From Hyaloraphidium curvatum SAG 235-1 (taxonomy: Eukaryota; Fungi; Monoblepharomycota): a DNA stretch of 64,000 bases. Made by a program: the position numbers and the translations under genes. The first letter of the stretch is position 1; each line of letters begins with the position of its first letter. Where the stretch lies: assembly GCA_025558095.1 (NCBI GenBank), contig JAIVFI010000017.1:667983-731982 (forward strand), in the 5' to 3' direction. The notes under the pieces are model-generated. The model saw nothing but the letters and a program-made list of their open reading frames with translations, made no database searches and was not told the origin of the DNA. This document shows positions 1 through 12,606 of the stretch, in pieces.

Positions 1-1115
1 GCCGTCCTGGGGGATCACGACCTACTTCGACGCCGGCACGCTCATAACCTCGGGCAAGCTCGTCGACGAGGTCTGGAGCTACCTTATCGACGTGGACAGG
101 AACAAGGGCGGCATCCCGGTGCGGCTCGTGGGCTCGCACATCGTCCGCGATGGCACCACCTCGAACGACAAGATGCTGTCGTCGCTCAAGCAGCTCCAGC
201 AGACCGTGCAGTCGCCCAACATCACCATCACCACTTTGAAGATGTTCATGGACGGTGGGTGGCGCTCGACGCTGCTGGGGATCTAGCTTCAGCTGACCGC
301 CCGCCCCTCAAGGTGTCGGTCCCACGCACACCGCCTCCATGCTCGAGGACTACGCCGACGAGCCCCACAAGGGCGGCTGGGTCATGACCCCCGACGCCGC
401 GCTCCGGCTGACGGCGGCCGCCAACGCCGCCGGCATCGACGTTCACATCCACGCCTGCGGCGACGCGGGCGTGCGCGCCGCCCTCGACGCCTTCGAGAAC
501 GTCCGCAAGACCCGGCCCGACCTCACGCCCCGCAACACCGTCTGCCACCTCGAATTCTGCCACCCCGACGACGTCAAGCGCTTCGCCGAGCTCGGTGTGA
601 CGGCCAACGGCACGCCCGTCTGGGGCTGCGACTACCGCGGCGAGTTCGTCGACGCGTACCCGGCCCTCGTCGGGAGCGAGCGGTTCCCGCGGGACTACTG
701 CCCCTATGGTGCCGTCGTCAAGACGGGGGCCAACGTCACTTTCGGCGCGGACTGCCCGGGGTGCGAGGTGCACGAGATCGCGCCGCTGGTGCAGATGGAG
801 GTCGCCGTCACAAGGCGGCGGCCCGGGCGCGCGGACGACAGGCCCGTGGGGCCCGACAACGCCGTGTCGGTGGCCGAGGCGCTGCGGTGCTACACCCTGA
901 ACGGGGCCTACGCGCTGCGGCTGGAGAAGGAGACGGGGAGCATCAGGGCGGGCAAGAGGGCGGACCTGGTGCTGCTGGGCGCGAGCCCGTTCGACGTGGC
1001 GCCGCACAGGATCCACGCCATCCCGGTGCTGTTCACCATGCTCGCGGGGAGGGTCACGCATTCGGCGCTGAATCCCGGGGCGGAGGCGGCGGCGGCGGAG
1101 CAGGCCAAGATCTGA
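1..1115 (+). CDS. Amidohydrolase-3 (YtcJ-like) metal-dependent hydrolase, 5'-partial, one intron at 255-312
   Basis: Splicing gives LKMFMDG|VGP...MLEDY; motifs VHIHACGD, TVCHLE, FGADCP, YTLNGAY, GSIRAGKRADLVLL. Confidence 0.85.
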
Positions 1116-1348
1116 GCGTGGTGTCGATCCTGAGGACGAAAAGGGCTATTCTGACACAGACATGTATCGCCAGCAGACAACAATGCCAATGGAGTCAATC
1201 AGTAGTCAATCAGCAGTGAATTAAGCAGTCCAGCGATCCTCGCTCTCTTCCGCGGCCGCAGCACCACGTAGGCTCAGCGAACCCATCGTCTTCCCCCGTG
1301 CCTCCGGCCAGCCAGACGAAACCCGCAACTCAACAAACCGCCGGATCG

Positions 1349-2399
1349 TCAGGCGGCGACGCACCGCAGCTCCCCAGTTCCTTCGTCGAAAGTCACCCAG
1401 GCCCCCGCTCCCGTTGGCCCCTGCTGCCTCCCTCCGCCGCGGGATTCCCAGGACTCCCAGAACCACGGGTGCGCCAGCGCCTCGGCCGCCGTCATCCGCT
1501 CCCGCTGGTCCACCACCAGCATCCTTCCCACGAGGTCCCTGAACGCGGCCGAGAACCCGGCGGGCAGCCCGCCCCACCGGCCGAGCTCGATCGACGCGTA
1601 CAGCTCGCCAAAGTTGGCCGCGCCCCCAAACGGCGTGGAGCCGGTGGCCAGCTCCACGGCGATGCAGCCCAGGGCCCACATGTCGACCTCGCTGCCGTAG
1701 GCGGCGCCGCGGACGATCTCAGGGGCGAGGTAGAAGGGGGTCCCCGCGATCGTCTGGAAGGGCGCCTGCGCGAAGAAGAAGTTTGGCGACGAGGAGCACA
1801 CCCCCGCCGCATCGAAATCGGCGACGGCCAGGTCCGACGGGTCCTCCTCCGGGCGGCGGAGGAGCACGTTCGAGGGTTTGAGATCGCGATGCGCGACGCC
1901 GTTTGCGTGGAGGTATGCGAGGGCGGAGAGAATCGAGCGGAGGATGGGGCGCAGGGAGCGCTCCGGGATCGGGCCGTGCGAGTGGAGATAGGCCTCGAGG
2001 TCCGTTGCGCAGAGCTCCATGACCGTGTAGACCTGGGGCCGGCGGTGGGTCAGAAGACCATGAATCAATAGCAGGGGTATAAATCACCTTGCCCTCGACC
2101 TCGATGAGCTCGAGCAGGCGGCAGAGGTTCGGGTGGTTCAGCTTCGCCACGGCCCGGAACCTGGCCCGCAGCGCGTCGCGCTGGGAGGCGGGCGCGCTGC
2201 AGCTCTTCAGCGCGACCCGCTGCCCGCTGTCGAGGCAAACCGCGCCGCGCACGCGGCCGGACGCCCCGCTGCCGAGAGTGGCAAAGGACGCGATGCGGCG
2301 GCGGCGTGCGCGGCCAGCGGCAAACAGCGCCGCGTCGGCGGCCGTCGGCGGGGGAGGCGAGCCCGGTACTGCGGGCGGGGAGTCTCTCGCGAGGCCCAT
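1349..2399 (-). CDS. Atypical CAMK-like Ser/Thr kinase (kinase 1), one intron at ~2035-2088
   Basis: LGSGASG, VALK, LNHPN, HRDLKPSN, DFD in place of DFG, GTPFYLAPE, DMWALG. Confidence 0.85.
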
Positions 2400-3113
2400 G
2401 ATTCTCCTGGACAGGTTTCTTGGTGGCGAGATTGAGTGTGCTCGGTGGCGAGATTCGGAGGCGAAAAACTCCCGGTCCCGATCCCGCGGTGACGATCTTG
2501 CAGGTGGCCGTCTCTTGGAACAAAAGCGCCGCTGGAGCCGCGAGTGGTGCACATGGAGGCCCATGACGCACATTGTAGATGGCGACGACACTGTTGAAGG
2601 AGCTCTGGGCTGCCGATGGGAAATCGGCCCGCCGTTGCGCCCCAAATGGACGTCGGAGGTCGGCCGCACCCAGCCTCCAGTTTCGGGCGGGTATCCCCCA
2701 TTCAATGCCTTGCCCCCATAAGCCCCGACGGCATGACCGACGCACGTGCGAATACTGAAATTCGCGAAGCTAGCACTAGATTGTCCGCCCTGGCTTGGCA
2801 GAACACTGTGCGGGACCTCCGGAATGGTCGAGGCGGGGAGGCAAACGGGTGAGGGGTCTTGGCGCTCGGACCATCATTTGCAAAGCCTTCCGGCCGTCGG
2901 CCATGCTTTTCCAAGAATTAAACTGGGCTTTCGATGAGATGGAGGTTGAATTGAAGAGGGAAGCAGTGAAGTCGCAGGCAGTCCAACCACCGCCGGCTCG
3001 GGCATCCAGCAAGTGCTTGGACCAGCTTTGCCACCGGACGAAGCATGTTGATCAAGATCGGATGGTCATTGTCAAGCTGCGAATACAACTTTGGCTCTGC
3101 GATCCGACTTCGC

Positions 3114-4733
3114 CTAGTTCTTGACGGCGGCCTTAAGCAGCGCGTCAAAGATCTTGGCCGAGCGGCCGTCGCCGAGGAGACCGGCCCGCAGGCGGTTGGG
3201 AACGTAGCCGAAGCCCAGGCCGTGCTCCTTCGACCACTGAAAGACGGACCCGCCGTAGCCGAACTGAAAATCAGGCGCGTGAGCTCGGCAAGTCACAACG
3301 GAGACAAAAGACCCACCCATCCGTGCCAGGTGACGTCGTTGCCGACCATCGACTCGGTGTAGAGCGGCTTCGGCGGCTGCGCCGTCAGGTCGAACAAGTA
3401 CACGGGGATCCTGATCCCGGCCATGGACTCGGCCCACCCGCCGTGTGTGTACGGCACCGGGAACCCGATGCAGGCGTCGGGGTCGTTTTTGACGCCCTCG
3501 TGGATCTTGGAGGCCGCCTCGAAGCCCTTGGGCGACACCAGCTCGACGCCGTCGATCGAGCCGCCCTGGGCCATGGCCCCGGCGAGCCGGCCGAGCGTGC
3601 GGGCGTTGGTCACCGTGAAGGCCGCCGAGGTTTCGGAGGTCCAGAGCTGCGGGTCGTTGGAGCCCACCGACGAGTCGACCAGCTGCTTCTGCACGCCCTT
3701 GGGGATGCTGGCAAAGGTCTTGTAGATGGGCGTGGTCTGGTCGGCCATCATGACCTGGTACTGGGCCACCAGCATGTCCTCCTCCTGGAGCAGCGACACG
3801 CGGCCGTGCTTGTCCTTGGGCAGGCCGCAGTAGACCTCGGCCCCGAGCTTGGCGTTGAGCTCGTCCCGCCACAGGTCGCCGTGGGTCTTGCCCGCGACCC
3901 TCCGCACGAGCTCGTTCAGGAACCAGCCGCGCGTGACGGCGTGGTAGGACTTGGTCGTCTTGCCGCCGAAGTTGTGCGGCTGCGAGGCGATCTTGGCCGC
4001 GAGCTTCTCCTGGTTGCCCATCTGGACGTCCTCGATCGTCGGAAGGTGCTCGTCGTCGAGCCAGCCGACGCCGCCGGAGTGCGCGCTGTCGGTGCGTTCG
4101 AAAAAGCGCCCTGTGGTCAGCGACGAGACAGATCAGCTGGGTGTCCGGCACCAACCAGAGATCAGCGATGGTCACGTTCTCCTTCCCGCCCGCCGCGAAC
4201 TCGGGCCAGTACTTGGCCACGGGGTCCTCGTACTTGAGCAGCCCCTTGCCGACCAGGTGGGCGATGGTCAGCGACATGAGCGCCTTGCCGCTCGAGTGGA
4301 CGATGTTGAGGCTCTCGGGCGTGTAGGGCTTCGTCTGGGGCGCGGCGGGGACGGTGAGCGGGCGAACGAGAGCGGGCACAACGGTTCGAGCCCACCTTAT
4401 CAAAGTCCGAGTGGCCGGCGTACCTGTTTTTGGTCGGAGCGACGCGAGGGGGCAAGGTGGGGGACACCGCGGACCACGAGTCAGCCTCTCCAGCGGGCGG
4501 CACGGGCGACGAGGCTGCCCACATCTCCACGACGCATTTCCCGTCCTTGTAGATGCAGAGCCCGGCGCCGGTCTCGCCGTCTTTCTCGTCCCAGTTGGAC
4601 AAGAAGGCATCTCGAACTCCCTCGTAACTGTCTCCGGGCCGGCGTCAGGGAAGGGCGCGGAGGGTCGGACAGGGGCGGGAACGCACCCGGGAGCGCAGGT
4701 GACGACGGTCACGGGGAGACCGGCGGGAGCCAT
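3114..4733 (-). CDS. Beta-lactamase-family serine hydrolase/esterase, several introns
   Basis: GAGLCIYKDGKCVVEMW, HSSGK (SxxK), YEDPVAKYWPEF, YHAVTRG, GYGGS...GYVPN spread over exons in different frames. Confidence 0.85.
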   Translation of the reverse strand: MAPAGLPVTVVTCAPGCVPAPVRPSAPFPDAGPETVTREFEMPSCPTGTRKTARPAPGSASTRTGNASWRCGQPRRPCRPLERLTRGPRCPPPCPLASLRPKTGTPATRTLIRWARTVVPALVRPLTVPAAPQTKPYTPESLNIVHSSGKALMSLTIAHLVGKGLLKYEDPVAKYWPEFAAGGKENVTIADLWLVPDTQLICLVADHRALFRTHRQRALRRRRLARRRAPSDDRGRPDGQPGEARGQDRLAAAQLRRQDDQVLPRRHARLVPERARAEGRGQDPRRPVAGRAQRQARGRGLLRPAQGQARPRVAAPGGGHAGGPVPGHDGRPDHAHLQDLCQHPQGRAEAAGRLVGGLQRPAALDLRNLGGLHGDQRPHARPARRGHGPGRLDRRRRAGVAQGLRGGLQDPRGRQKRPRRLHRVPGAVHTRRVGRVHGRDQDPRVLVRPDGAAAEAALHRVDGRQRRHLARMGGSFVSVVTCRAHAPDFQFGYGGSVFQWSKEHGLGFGYVPNRLRAGLLGDGRSAKIFDALLKAAVKN

Positions 4734-4923
4734 TGCGGTGCGGGAGGTGTGGCGGCGCCGAAAAGAGGATTTGGCGAAGGGCGTCGGCGCCGACTCGGCC
4801 GCTCACTTGCCGCTTCCTCACTCGGGCTCACTCCGAAGTCAGAAGTCAGAATGCAATGTATAGCACAAAGCTGAAGCAGATACAATAAGGATGGTTGCGA
4901 GGCGAGCATGCTCGTGAACGCGA

Positions 4924-5410
4924 TCACGCCTGCTGCTGCGAGGCTCCGGTCGCCGCGCCCTGCTGGTTGCCGCCGCCGCCTTTGCTCTTCTTCTTCTTGA
5001 AGCTTCCCCACCACTCAGGCTGCTTCCCGCATACCTGTACGGGGCACGAGGACGTTCAGCAGAGCGCCATACAGTGCTGCGACGAGGAAATCACCTGCTT
5101 GTGCTCGGGCCAGTCGGCCCGCTGGCACTCGACCGAACAATACTTCACCATCTTGCACTTTGCGCAGACCTGGAACTTGCGGCCCGCGGGCTCCTCCTTC
5201 GTATCTTGGGCGCGCGGCGCGTCCCAAGAGTTCCAGGTGCCGGGGCGGGTGCGGGCACGAAATGGCTTCGGCCAGCGCGCCGATGACGCCGGTGGTGCTC
5301 TGGAACAAGGCAAAGACGTCGGGCGGCGGCGGGTACGAGGGCCCGTGCTTGCACGACGTCTTTGGCTCGTAGTCGTCGATGAGCGACCCTCTCGGGCCTT
5401 TCGGGGGCAT
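4924..5410 (-). pseudogene. Short MYND-finger gene, probably an internally deleted or frameshifted paralogue of 8044-9067
   Basis: N-terminal YEPKTSCKHGPSYP and the MYND CAKCKMVKYCSVECQRADWPEHKQ|VCGKQPEWWG lie in different frames; the central region of the paralogue is missing. Confidence 0.6.
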
Positions 5411-5570
5411 CTTGGTGGGGAGTGGGGAACCGCAAGGGTTCACTCCGGACGAGCCGGCACAGTCCGACGATTCGCAGGTCGCCCTTCACCGGATGAGCCT
5501 ACGATTCGACCTCATCCGCACTGGAGCGACATCTCGGTCGATCTACGACATCACCTATTAGAAAAATGCC

Positions 5571-7792
5571 TCAGAGTTCCAGCTTGGCGACTGCCGGATG
5601 CCATCCCGCCTCCTTCAGGAGCCTCTTTGGCACGTCCACCAGCTTGGCCCGGAAGTACTCGCCCACGCTCTTGGACAGCATGTCGAGCCGCATGTTGGAC
5701 ATGCAGCCCTTGCCCAGCAGCCCCCGGATGAGGAAGTGCACCGCGCGCACGTTGGGGAACTCGATCCGCTCAATCGAGATATTCATCCCCTTGCCTTCCT
5801 CGGCCAGAAGCTCGGTGAAGAAGTCGAGGGTGAGCTTGGACCGCAGCCAGTCGTAGGACGAGTCGGTCAGCGTCCCTAATCGACAGTAGGCGCGTCAGAA
5901 GATGGCGGAGGCAAACGTTGGAAAGAGACCCACAGAAGCCGACGTTCGAGTTGCCGCCCTTGTCGCCGGACCGCGCGTGCGCGATGTAGCCGAGCGGTAC
6001 TCGGATCGTTTCGCCAAAGTCGTCCGAGGTGGTCGACTGCGGCGGGTTCTGCTCCGCGTACGAAGGCGGGATCGCCGAATCCGGAGCCTGGCCGATCGGC
6101 ACCACGGTTCCGTCAGGGAGGGTCGCACGGTGGGGAACCTTGTCGTAGGCGAGGAGGGCGGGGTAGAATTCGACGTAGGAGGGGAAAGCAGGGCCGGCCT
6201 TGGGGCCCCAGACGCCGGTCTGCCGAAAGGGTGAGAGTCAGACCCAACGAGCTTCTGGCAAGCTGGCTGCCACTCACGTATCCGGGGAAGCCCCGGAGGA
6301 ATTGCTCGCTGGCCACCTTCCTCAGCCTCATCAGCGCCAGCCGCTCAGGCGCCTGCGCCGTGATGCGGACCAGCGACGTAGCCGCGTTCTCGTCCACCGG
6401 GTTGCCCATCGGCCGCCCGATCAGCTCGAACTTGACGAAATCGAAACCGTCCGCGGACCCCGTGCCCACCGGGATGTCGGCCACGTCCGCCAGGACCTGC
6501 TTCTTCAGCGTCTCGAACTTGATGTCCACGTCCAGGCCGACCGCGCCCGTGTAGAGCTCCAGCTCGTAGCCGCCAAAGATGTTGATGCCGACCTTGGTCG
6601 TCGGCGGCGGGGGCAGGCCCTTGATCCCGTGGATGCGAACGCGGTCCTTGCCGACCTGCTCCAGGTGCACGGTGCTGAGGTCGACCGTGGCGTCGGGGTT
6701 GAGGTAGTAGCGGCCCTGGATCTCGTAGACGATTTGGGCGAGAACGGTGTCCGTCGTGACGGCACCGCCGGTGCCCTCGAACTTGGTGATCACGGCCGAG
6801 CCGTCCCGGTCCAGTTCGGCCACGGGGTAGCCCTGGGGGCGGGGCAGTGGTGAGTCTTTTTGCCGAAGGTGGCGCCCCCTTGTGCCAACTCACAACAGCC
6901 TCGATCCCGGGCAGGGTCAGGAAGCCGGAGAAGTTGCCGCCGGTACAGTGCCCCGAGCACTCGATCACGTGGCCAACGAGGACCGCTGATGCAAGGACGT
7001 CGTACTGGTTTTGTTGCCAGTCGAACCAGTCTGCCCGGCCAGCGAGATCAGAGAAGTTTATCCCCGGGCCGACGTCAACCCACAGGCCCCGATGCCGGCC
7101 GTCAGCGACGCATCCGTCACGCGCCCGCAGATGACGATGTCCGCCCCGCCGCGCAGCGCCGCCGCGATCCCAAACCCGCCCATGTACGCGTTGCCGGACA
7201 GCAGCTTCTTGTGCTTGTTCTCCGCCAAATACCCGGCCAGCGTCTGCCCCTTGGCGTCCAGGTTGTCGAAGCCGCACCCTTCGGACTGCAGCCTCGCAAT
7301 GTCCTCGGGCGACAGCGCGTCCCCGTCCACGGTGGCCACGGTCAGGTCCAGCCCCTTGCTCGCGAGGAGGTCCCGCACGCCCCGCGCCAGCTTCTCGCAC
7401 TCGTCCCCGCCGGCGTTGGTCACCATTCTGATCTTCTTCTCCTTCAGGAGGTGGACGGACTTGGAGAGGTCGCCGAGGAAGAACTGATGGAAGAGGTCCG
7501 TCGGCTGGCCATTGAGCTTGAGGTTCGCGACGATGCCGAACGTGCCCTCGGCGAGGTAGTCGCCGTTCACGAAATCGAGGTGCGTGGGCGTGCCGGGCAT
7601 GCCCGAGTTCTCCAGCTGCGTGGAGAGGCCCTTGCTCCAATCGCCCGCGTCTGCGCGGCCGCGGGGGTCAGCGACATTCCGCCGGGCGAGCGCGTCGCAC
7701 CCACAGCCGTGCCAGTTTCCGATCCGGACGGGGCGCTTGCCGCGGTCCTCATCGTGGGCCGAGCCGTCGGTCGACTGCGAGATTGGGGCCAT
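5571..7792 (-). CDS. AtuA/DUF1446 (acyclic terpene utilisation) family protein, multi-exon
   Basis: VRIGNW, GDYLAE, TNAGG, NAYMG, GADIVICGRVTDAS, GHVIEC, YEIQG..YLNPD, HARSGDKG, C-terminal AVHFLI..LLG.G...KSVGE. Confidence 0.9.
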
Positions 7793-8043
7793 CGCTGCTG
7801 TTTGAGGGGGACACGGGGAGACGGGCCGGGGCGGAGTTTACCCGCCATGCGCCGTTGGCGTCTCGCCGCTTCGTGGCAAACTGGTGCGCCATTTGGTCGA
7901 GAGATTCTTTTCCAAGGTACACATGCATCCAAATATCTAGCTCACGAACCATCTCCCGAGCTGGATTGCCTCTGTGGCTGCTTAGCCGGAGCTTGAAGAC
8001 GAACCAGGACCGTTGGCGTCTTCGGGCCCGTTCTTGGCCTTCC

Positions 8044-9067
8044 TCAGCGTACCCCACCACTCGGGCTGCTTGCCGCAGATCTGCAACCGGCCAATGTCAG
8101 ACAGTCAGTGATCGTTGCTCGGCAAACATCATCACACGGATCCCCACCTTCTTGTGCTCGTCCCAATCGCTGACTTGGCAATCTTCGGTGCAGTACGCCA
8201 CCATCTTGCACCGCGAGCATTTCTTCAGCGGATGCTTCTTTGTTCCCGTCCCGCGACAGCGGCGGCAGTACGAATCGAACAGCTTGCCGTTGCCCGGGGC
8301 GCCGACGCCGGGCTTCCACGCCGGATCGTCCTTGAACAGGTCCTCGCGCCCGCACAGCTCGGACTCGGGGTCTTCGACCTCCAGGCAGCGGCACGGCACA
8401 GCGGTCTTGAGCTTCGATAGAAGATACTCTGGAGTGCATCTCTCCGTGGCTTTGTTGACGAAAGCGGGCAAGATCTCCTTGGCCGGCGCCGGGGATCCTG
8501 GGCGGTAAGCCAGGTAGGGCGTGCCCCAGGGGGTCGTCGAGCTCGGGTGGTCCAGCATCAGCTGGAAGAGACACTCGGTCGGCAGAGGGGAGCTCGTGCG
8601 GGCCCGTCGGGCCCGTTTGTTCCGGGGGAGCTTCCCGCCGGGCCCGGCCTCGAGCGGTTGCACGGCCCGGTGCGGGAGGTACGCGTCCCTCGCGGCCAGG
8701 GAAGCGCGCAGCATCTCGCAACAACCCAGAACCCGAACGAGGCCTCGAAGTCGTGGTTGAGGAAGGCGTCGACCGCGGAGCCGAGGTGGACGTCCGCGAG
8801 CGCGGCGTCGACCATCGGCCGGCCAAAGAGCCGGGAGCACCCGCGCTCCGCCGAGTGCAGCTGGCCTGCAACCTCGCAAAGAATCCGACGCCGCTGCCCG
8901 GGGTCGGGGCACGCGAAGGCGCGGACCAGGGTGTCGGTCGCGCCTTGGACCGCTGTCGCGGCGAAGGTGGTGCAGGGCAGCATGGGGTGCGACGGGCCGT
9001 GCTTGCACGCCGTTTTGGGCACGTATTCGTCGCGCAGGGCGTTGGCAGACGACCTCTGGGTGGGCAT
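8044..9067 (-). CDS. MYND-finger protein with a 1-nt frameshift near 8742 and a 3' intron
   Basis: CRRC...KKCSRCKMVAYCTEDCQVSDWDEHKK|ICGKQPEWWG; the two ORFs join if one G is added at GAG(G)GCCTC. Confidence 0.7.
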
Positions 9068-9271
9068 CGTTGCGAGCGAGGGGTGGAGCCTGGGTTGACA
9101 GGGTTCTGTGATTGAAGACCAGGGGTCGGGATTCGGAGCAGCTTGACTCCACTACGCGCTTCACTCGACAGATCGCTGGCTCCACAGTCGTTCACTGGTC
9201 AGATTTGTAAATGAATCAATCTGAAAACATCAAGTCCTTGTCAAACTTCGCGCAGTCTGTCCCAGGACCGC

Positions 9272-9871
9272 TCATAAGACGACCACCATCCTCGGCATGC
9301 CACCACCAATCTTGCTCCCGGCAACGGCGTCCCTCAGCCCCGCGTTTCCCGTGGCCACCGGAATCGTCCTATGCCCGTTGCCCTCGACGTGGAACCTGTA
9401 CCTGTGCCTCCACCACCCGCCGAAAACGTCGCCCTCCCCCGGATCGCACACCTCCCACGCCTCCTCCACGATCCCCTCCACAACGTGCGCCTCGCTGGCG
9501 AAATCTACCTTTCCAACTCCCGGCTTGTACCCCTTCAGCTTCGCCGAGTCAGCCGGGTCGCACGCGCAGAGGTCTGCGACCAGAAGGATCCTGTCATTGA
9601 TCGCGATGCCGGGATGGCAGGGGTGGCCCCATTCCGCGAGGGCGCCGGGGGGTACATTCCTCGCGGCGAGAAGGAAGTGCTCTGCGCAGCGGGAGTTGCT
9701 CTTGGCGATAGTGACGGCGAAGGTGCGAGGGCTGTGCACAGGGCGAGGAGCGGGGCCCGGGGCAGGGGCGGCGGCGGGCCGAGGGACGGAGGGCCGTGAG
9801 CGGAGGGAGTAGCTGTGCTGGGGCGTCGTCCCGATGCCGGAAGCAGCGGTCGGTTGCGCGTCGGGAAGCAT
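9272..9871 (-). CDS. Hypothetical protein, start uncertain
   Basis: ORF with coding-like composition and a globular-looking C-terminal ~150 aa; no family recognised. Confidence 0.45.
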   Translation of the reverse strand: MLPDAQPTAASGIGTTPQHSYSLRSRPSVPRPAAAPAPGPAPRPVHSPRTFAVTIAKSNSRCAEHFLLAARNVPPGALAEWGHPCHPGIAINDRILLVADLCACDPADSAKLKGYKPGVGKVDFASEAHVVEGIVEEAWEVCDPGEGDVFGGWWRHRYRFHVEGNGHRTIPVATGNAGLRDAVAGSKIGGGMPRMVVVL

Positions 9872-10156
9872 GTCTGGGCGAAATTGGGTGATGTGACGAT
9901 GACTTGGCCCGCGAGCTTCGGTGACTCGCCCCGCGCGCCGTCTTCCCCACGCACCACGCCGCTGCGCGCTCGGCGAGACCGATCGTGTTGTCCAGAGCGC
10001 ATCCATGCTAGCACCACGCGGCAGAACAGCTCTCCGACTCATCGGTCTCTTAGCGCATTTTCCTAGTCAGCCCTCAGCTCCCTGACCTCCGCTCTAACCG
10101 GTCCCTGATCGGACCCCTAGCCCGCCGTCGGCCGCATCCCCCACCCCCTCCCCGCC

Positions 10157-11675
10157 ATGTCCGCGCCCGCAGCGCCCGTCGTGGGCGGCTCCGCCGCCGC
10201 ACCGAAGCCCAAAGAGCCCAACTGCATCGCCAAGGTGGGCGGTTTCGGCGCTGTGGCCGCGCGGGGGAGCTGACGCGGTCCGGCGGCCCGCAGTGCTTCC
10301 TGTGCCTCGGCAACTCGCCCGCGGGGACGACAACCACGGGGAGGCTGATCACGCAGCTCGTTTTTATCGGGTGCCTGGTCGTGACCACGCTCTCGTCGAT
10401 CCCGGGCGCGCGCTATCTTTACTGGGGCTGTGGGTCTTCTTCCCCGATCCAAACGCCCCAGGAAGGGGCAACGACGGCCTCTGACCCCTTTTCCGCGCCC
10501 TTAGGGATCCTCTCCCTCCTGTACACAGTGGCCGCCGTGTGCGGCATCTACTTTGCCCTGCAGGACCTCATCTGCCTGAAGCGGGACTGCGCGCACTGGA
10601 CCACGGGGCTCGTGCACCCGTGCTGGTACGGCTGCCTGATCTGCCTGGCGGGAGGGGTGGGTTCTACAGTCGGAGAGGGTCAGGAGGGCACGGGGAGGGG
10701 TTGGGGAGGTCGGCCGGCGGGGTCGCGTTACCAGCGCGGGGCGGGCGGCCTCCCTGCCCTTCCGTCGGGCTCCTCGGCCTCATGAGGTCAGATACTGACC
10801 GTTTTCTGCTGCCGATAGTTTGGATTCGCCATCTATGTCCTCATCTGCTTCACGGGACCCATTATCTCCGGGTTCGGCGTCAACTGTGTCGACGTGGGTC
10901 TTCCTCTCCCATCCCACTTCCTTCCCCACTCACCGCCCTTGTTTCCCACCGCCACATGCCTGTTCGGCACGCCAGATCTTCGGCCAGGACCCCTCTCAGA
11001 TCCAGATCCCCCAGGAGAACGCCAACCTGTGCGCGCAGTACAAGGACCTCTGGCGCGCCGGCGCCGGGACCACGGGCTCGGGCATGGGCTTCGCGATTGC
11101 GAGCGCGTGCCTGATCATGGTGCTCTACATCGGGCTGTGGGTGTCTCGGCGGCGCCGCGGAACGGATGGCGGCTGATCCGGGAGGGACAGGCCGACGATC
11201 CAGAAGAAGTACAGGGAGGCAAACAGCGAGCGGAGGGAAACCAAGGCGGCGGCGGACGCCAAGGCCGCCGCGGACCTCGAGGCGCAGAAGGTGCGGAACA
11301 CGTCGGCGGCATTGGCCACCGGCCCGCTGACCCTCCCCTTCCCTCCCCCCACCCCGCCGATCCCCTTCCCGCGCGCCCGCTCGGCAGGCCAAGATCACCC
11401 AGGAGTACAACGTCCCCACCGCCGCCCTCGCCGCGGGCACCAAGCTCACCTCCAAGTACGACTACGCGCCCACGCGCGCCGACGAGCTGGAGCTCAAGGC
11501 CGGGGACCAGATCACCCTCGTGGACCAGGGCCGCGTGGGGACGCCGGTGGGCTGGTGGACGGGGACCAACGCGCGGACGGGGCAGACGGGGCTGTTGTGG
11601 GTGTCTCGGCGCTGGGTGCGGTGTGGGTTCGTCGGCTAACGGAGTTCGTTCTGCAGCCCGGCGAATTACATCTAG
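10157..11675 (+). CDS. Multi-pass Cys-containing membrane protein with a C-terminal SH3 domain, multi-exon
   Basis: Several hydrophobic exons, then KYDYAPTRADELELKAGDQI...GWWTGTNARTGQTGL|FPANYI*. Confidence 0.8.
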
Positions 11676-12606
11676 AGTATTATGGATCGTGTTTGGAATG
11701 GAGAGCTCTCGCTTTGCGCACGTGTGGGCCGGCGGAGGACCGGACGGCCGCTCGGGATCGGGCGGCATCCCCCGCGAGTGACCCGCCGCGCCGTCCTCCT
11801 GCTCACGGTCGGCCGCTGTCCCGCTGCCCGCCATTTACTGCCAGTCGTCTGTCGTGCTGGGATCAGTCCCACCGGGGAGGCGGTTCGCTCATCCCTCGCC
11901 CGTGGCGGGCGGTGGTTCTTGGCGGCGGAAGCAACAGCGCCAATTCGCCGCGCCAGCCCCGGAGCTTCTCGCCTCATTATCGCCCGGGCGCGATCAAGGA
12001 TTCGCGATGGGTGCCCGGCCGCGTGGTCGCCGGTGGAAGGTCGCGCGAACGAGGGACGGGCGGGCGGCCGGTGGTGACTCGTCCGGAGGCTATGCTGGGT
12101 CCGCCAAAACCTCGTTCGACGCCGGGGGCAGCGGGGACGGGGTGCGCCGGGTGACCGAGGACGGGGAGAATGTGTCTAGCCGCAGGGAAAAATTAGGAGC
12201 GGTCGCGGGGTGGGAGAGATGGGCGTGGCAATTTCTTTGGTCGGTGGGAAAGTAGGTGTCTGGGCCCGCAGAGCCCGCAACCCGGCCGAGTCTGCGCCGC
12301 CTTGGAAGGCGGGACAGCGAGCATCGAAAAAATCGCCCCCAGGAACAGGCACATGGACCATCTCTGCACGGTTTCCAAACATATCGGGTGCAACGGATGC
12401 GCTCCCCGGCCGGGGTAGCCGCGTCAGAATCTTGGGATGGCGCAAGGGAATTCCGCGCGAGCAACGATCCTTCGGATCGGACCCACCGGCCTGACCGCCT
12501 GCAAACTCCACACCATTCACTTCGAACAGCGCGGAAGCACTACCGCGCATACCGCATAAGCAGACAACACCCGCACTCCCCCGAGGAGTGCCCTCTTTGG
12601 CCCCAA

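Noticed and set aside
2860-3110. Lower-GC stretch with a short ORF (MLFQELNWAFDEMEV...)
   Set aside because: No recognisable motif or gene structure; it may be a remnant but cannot be supported.
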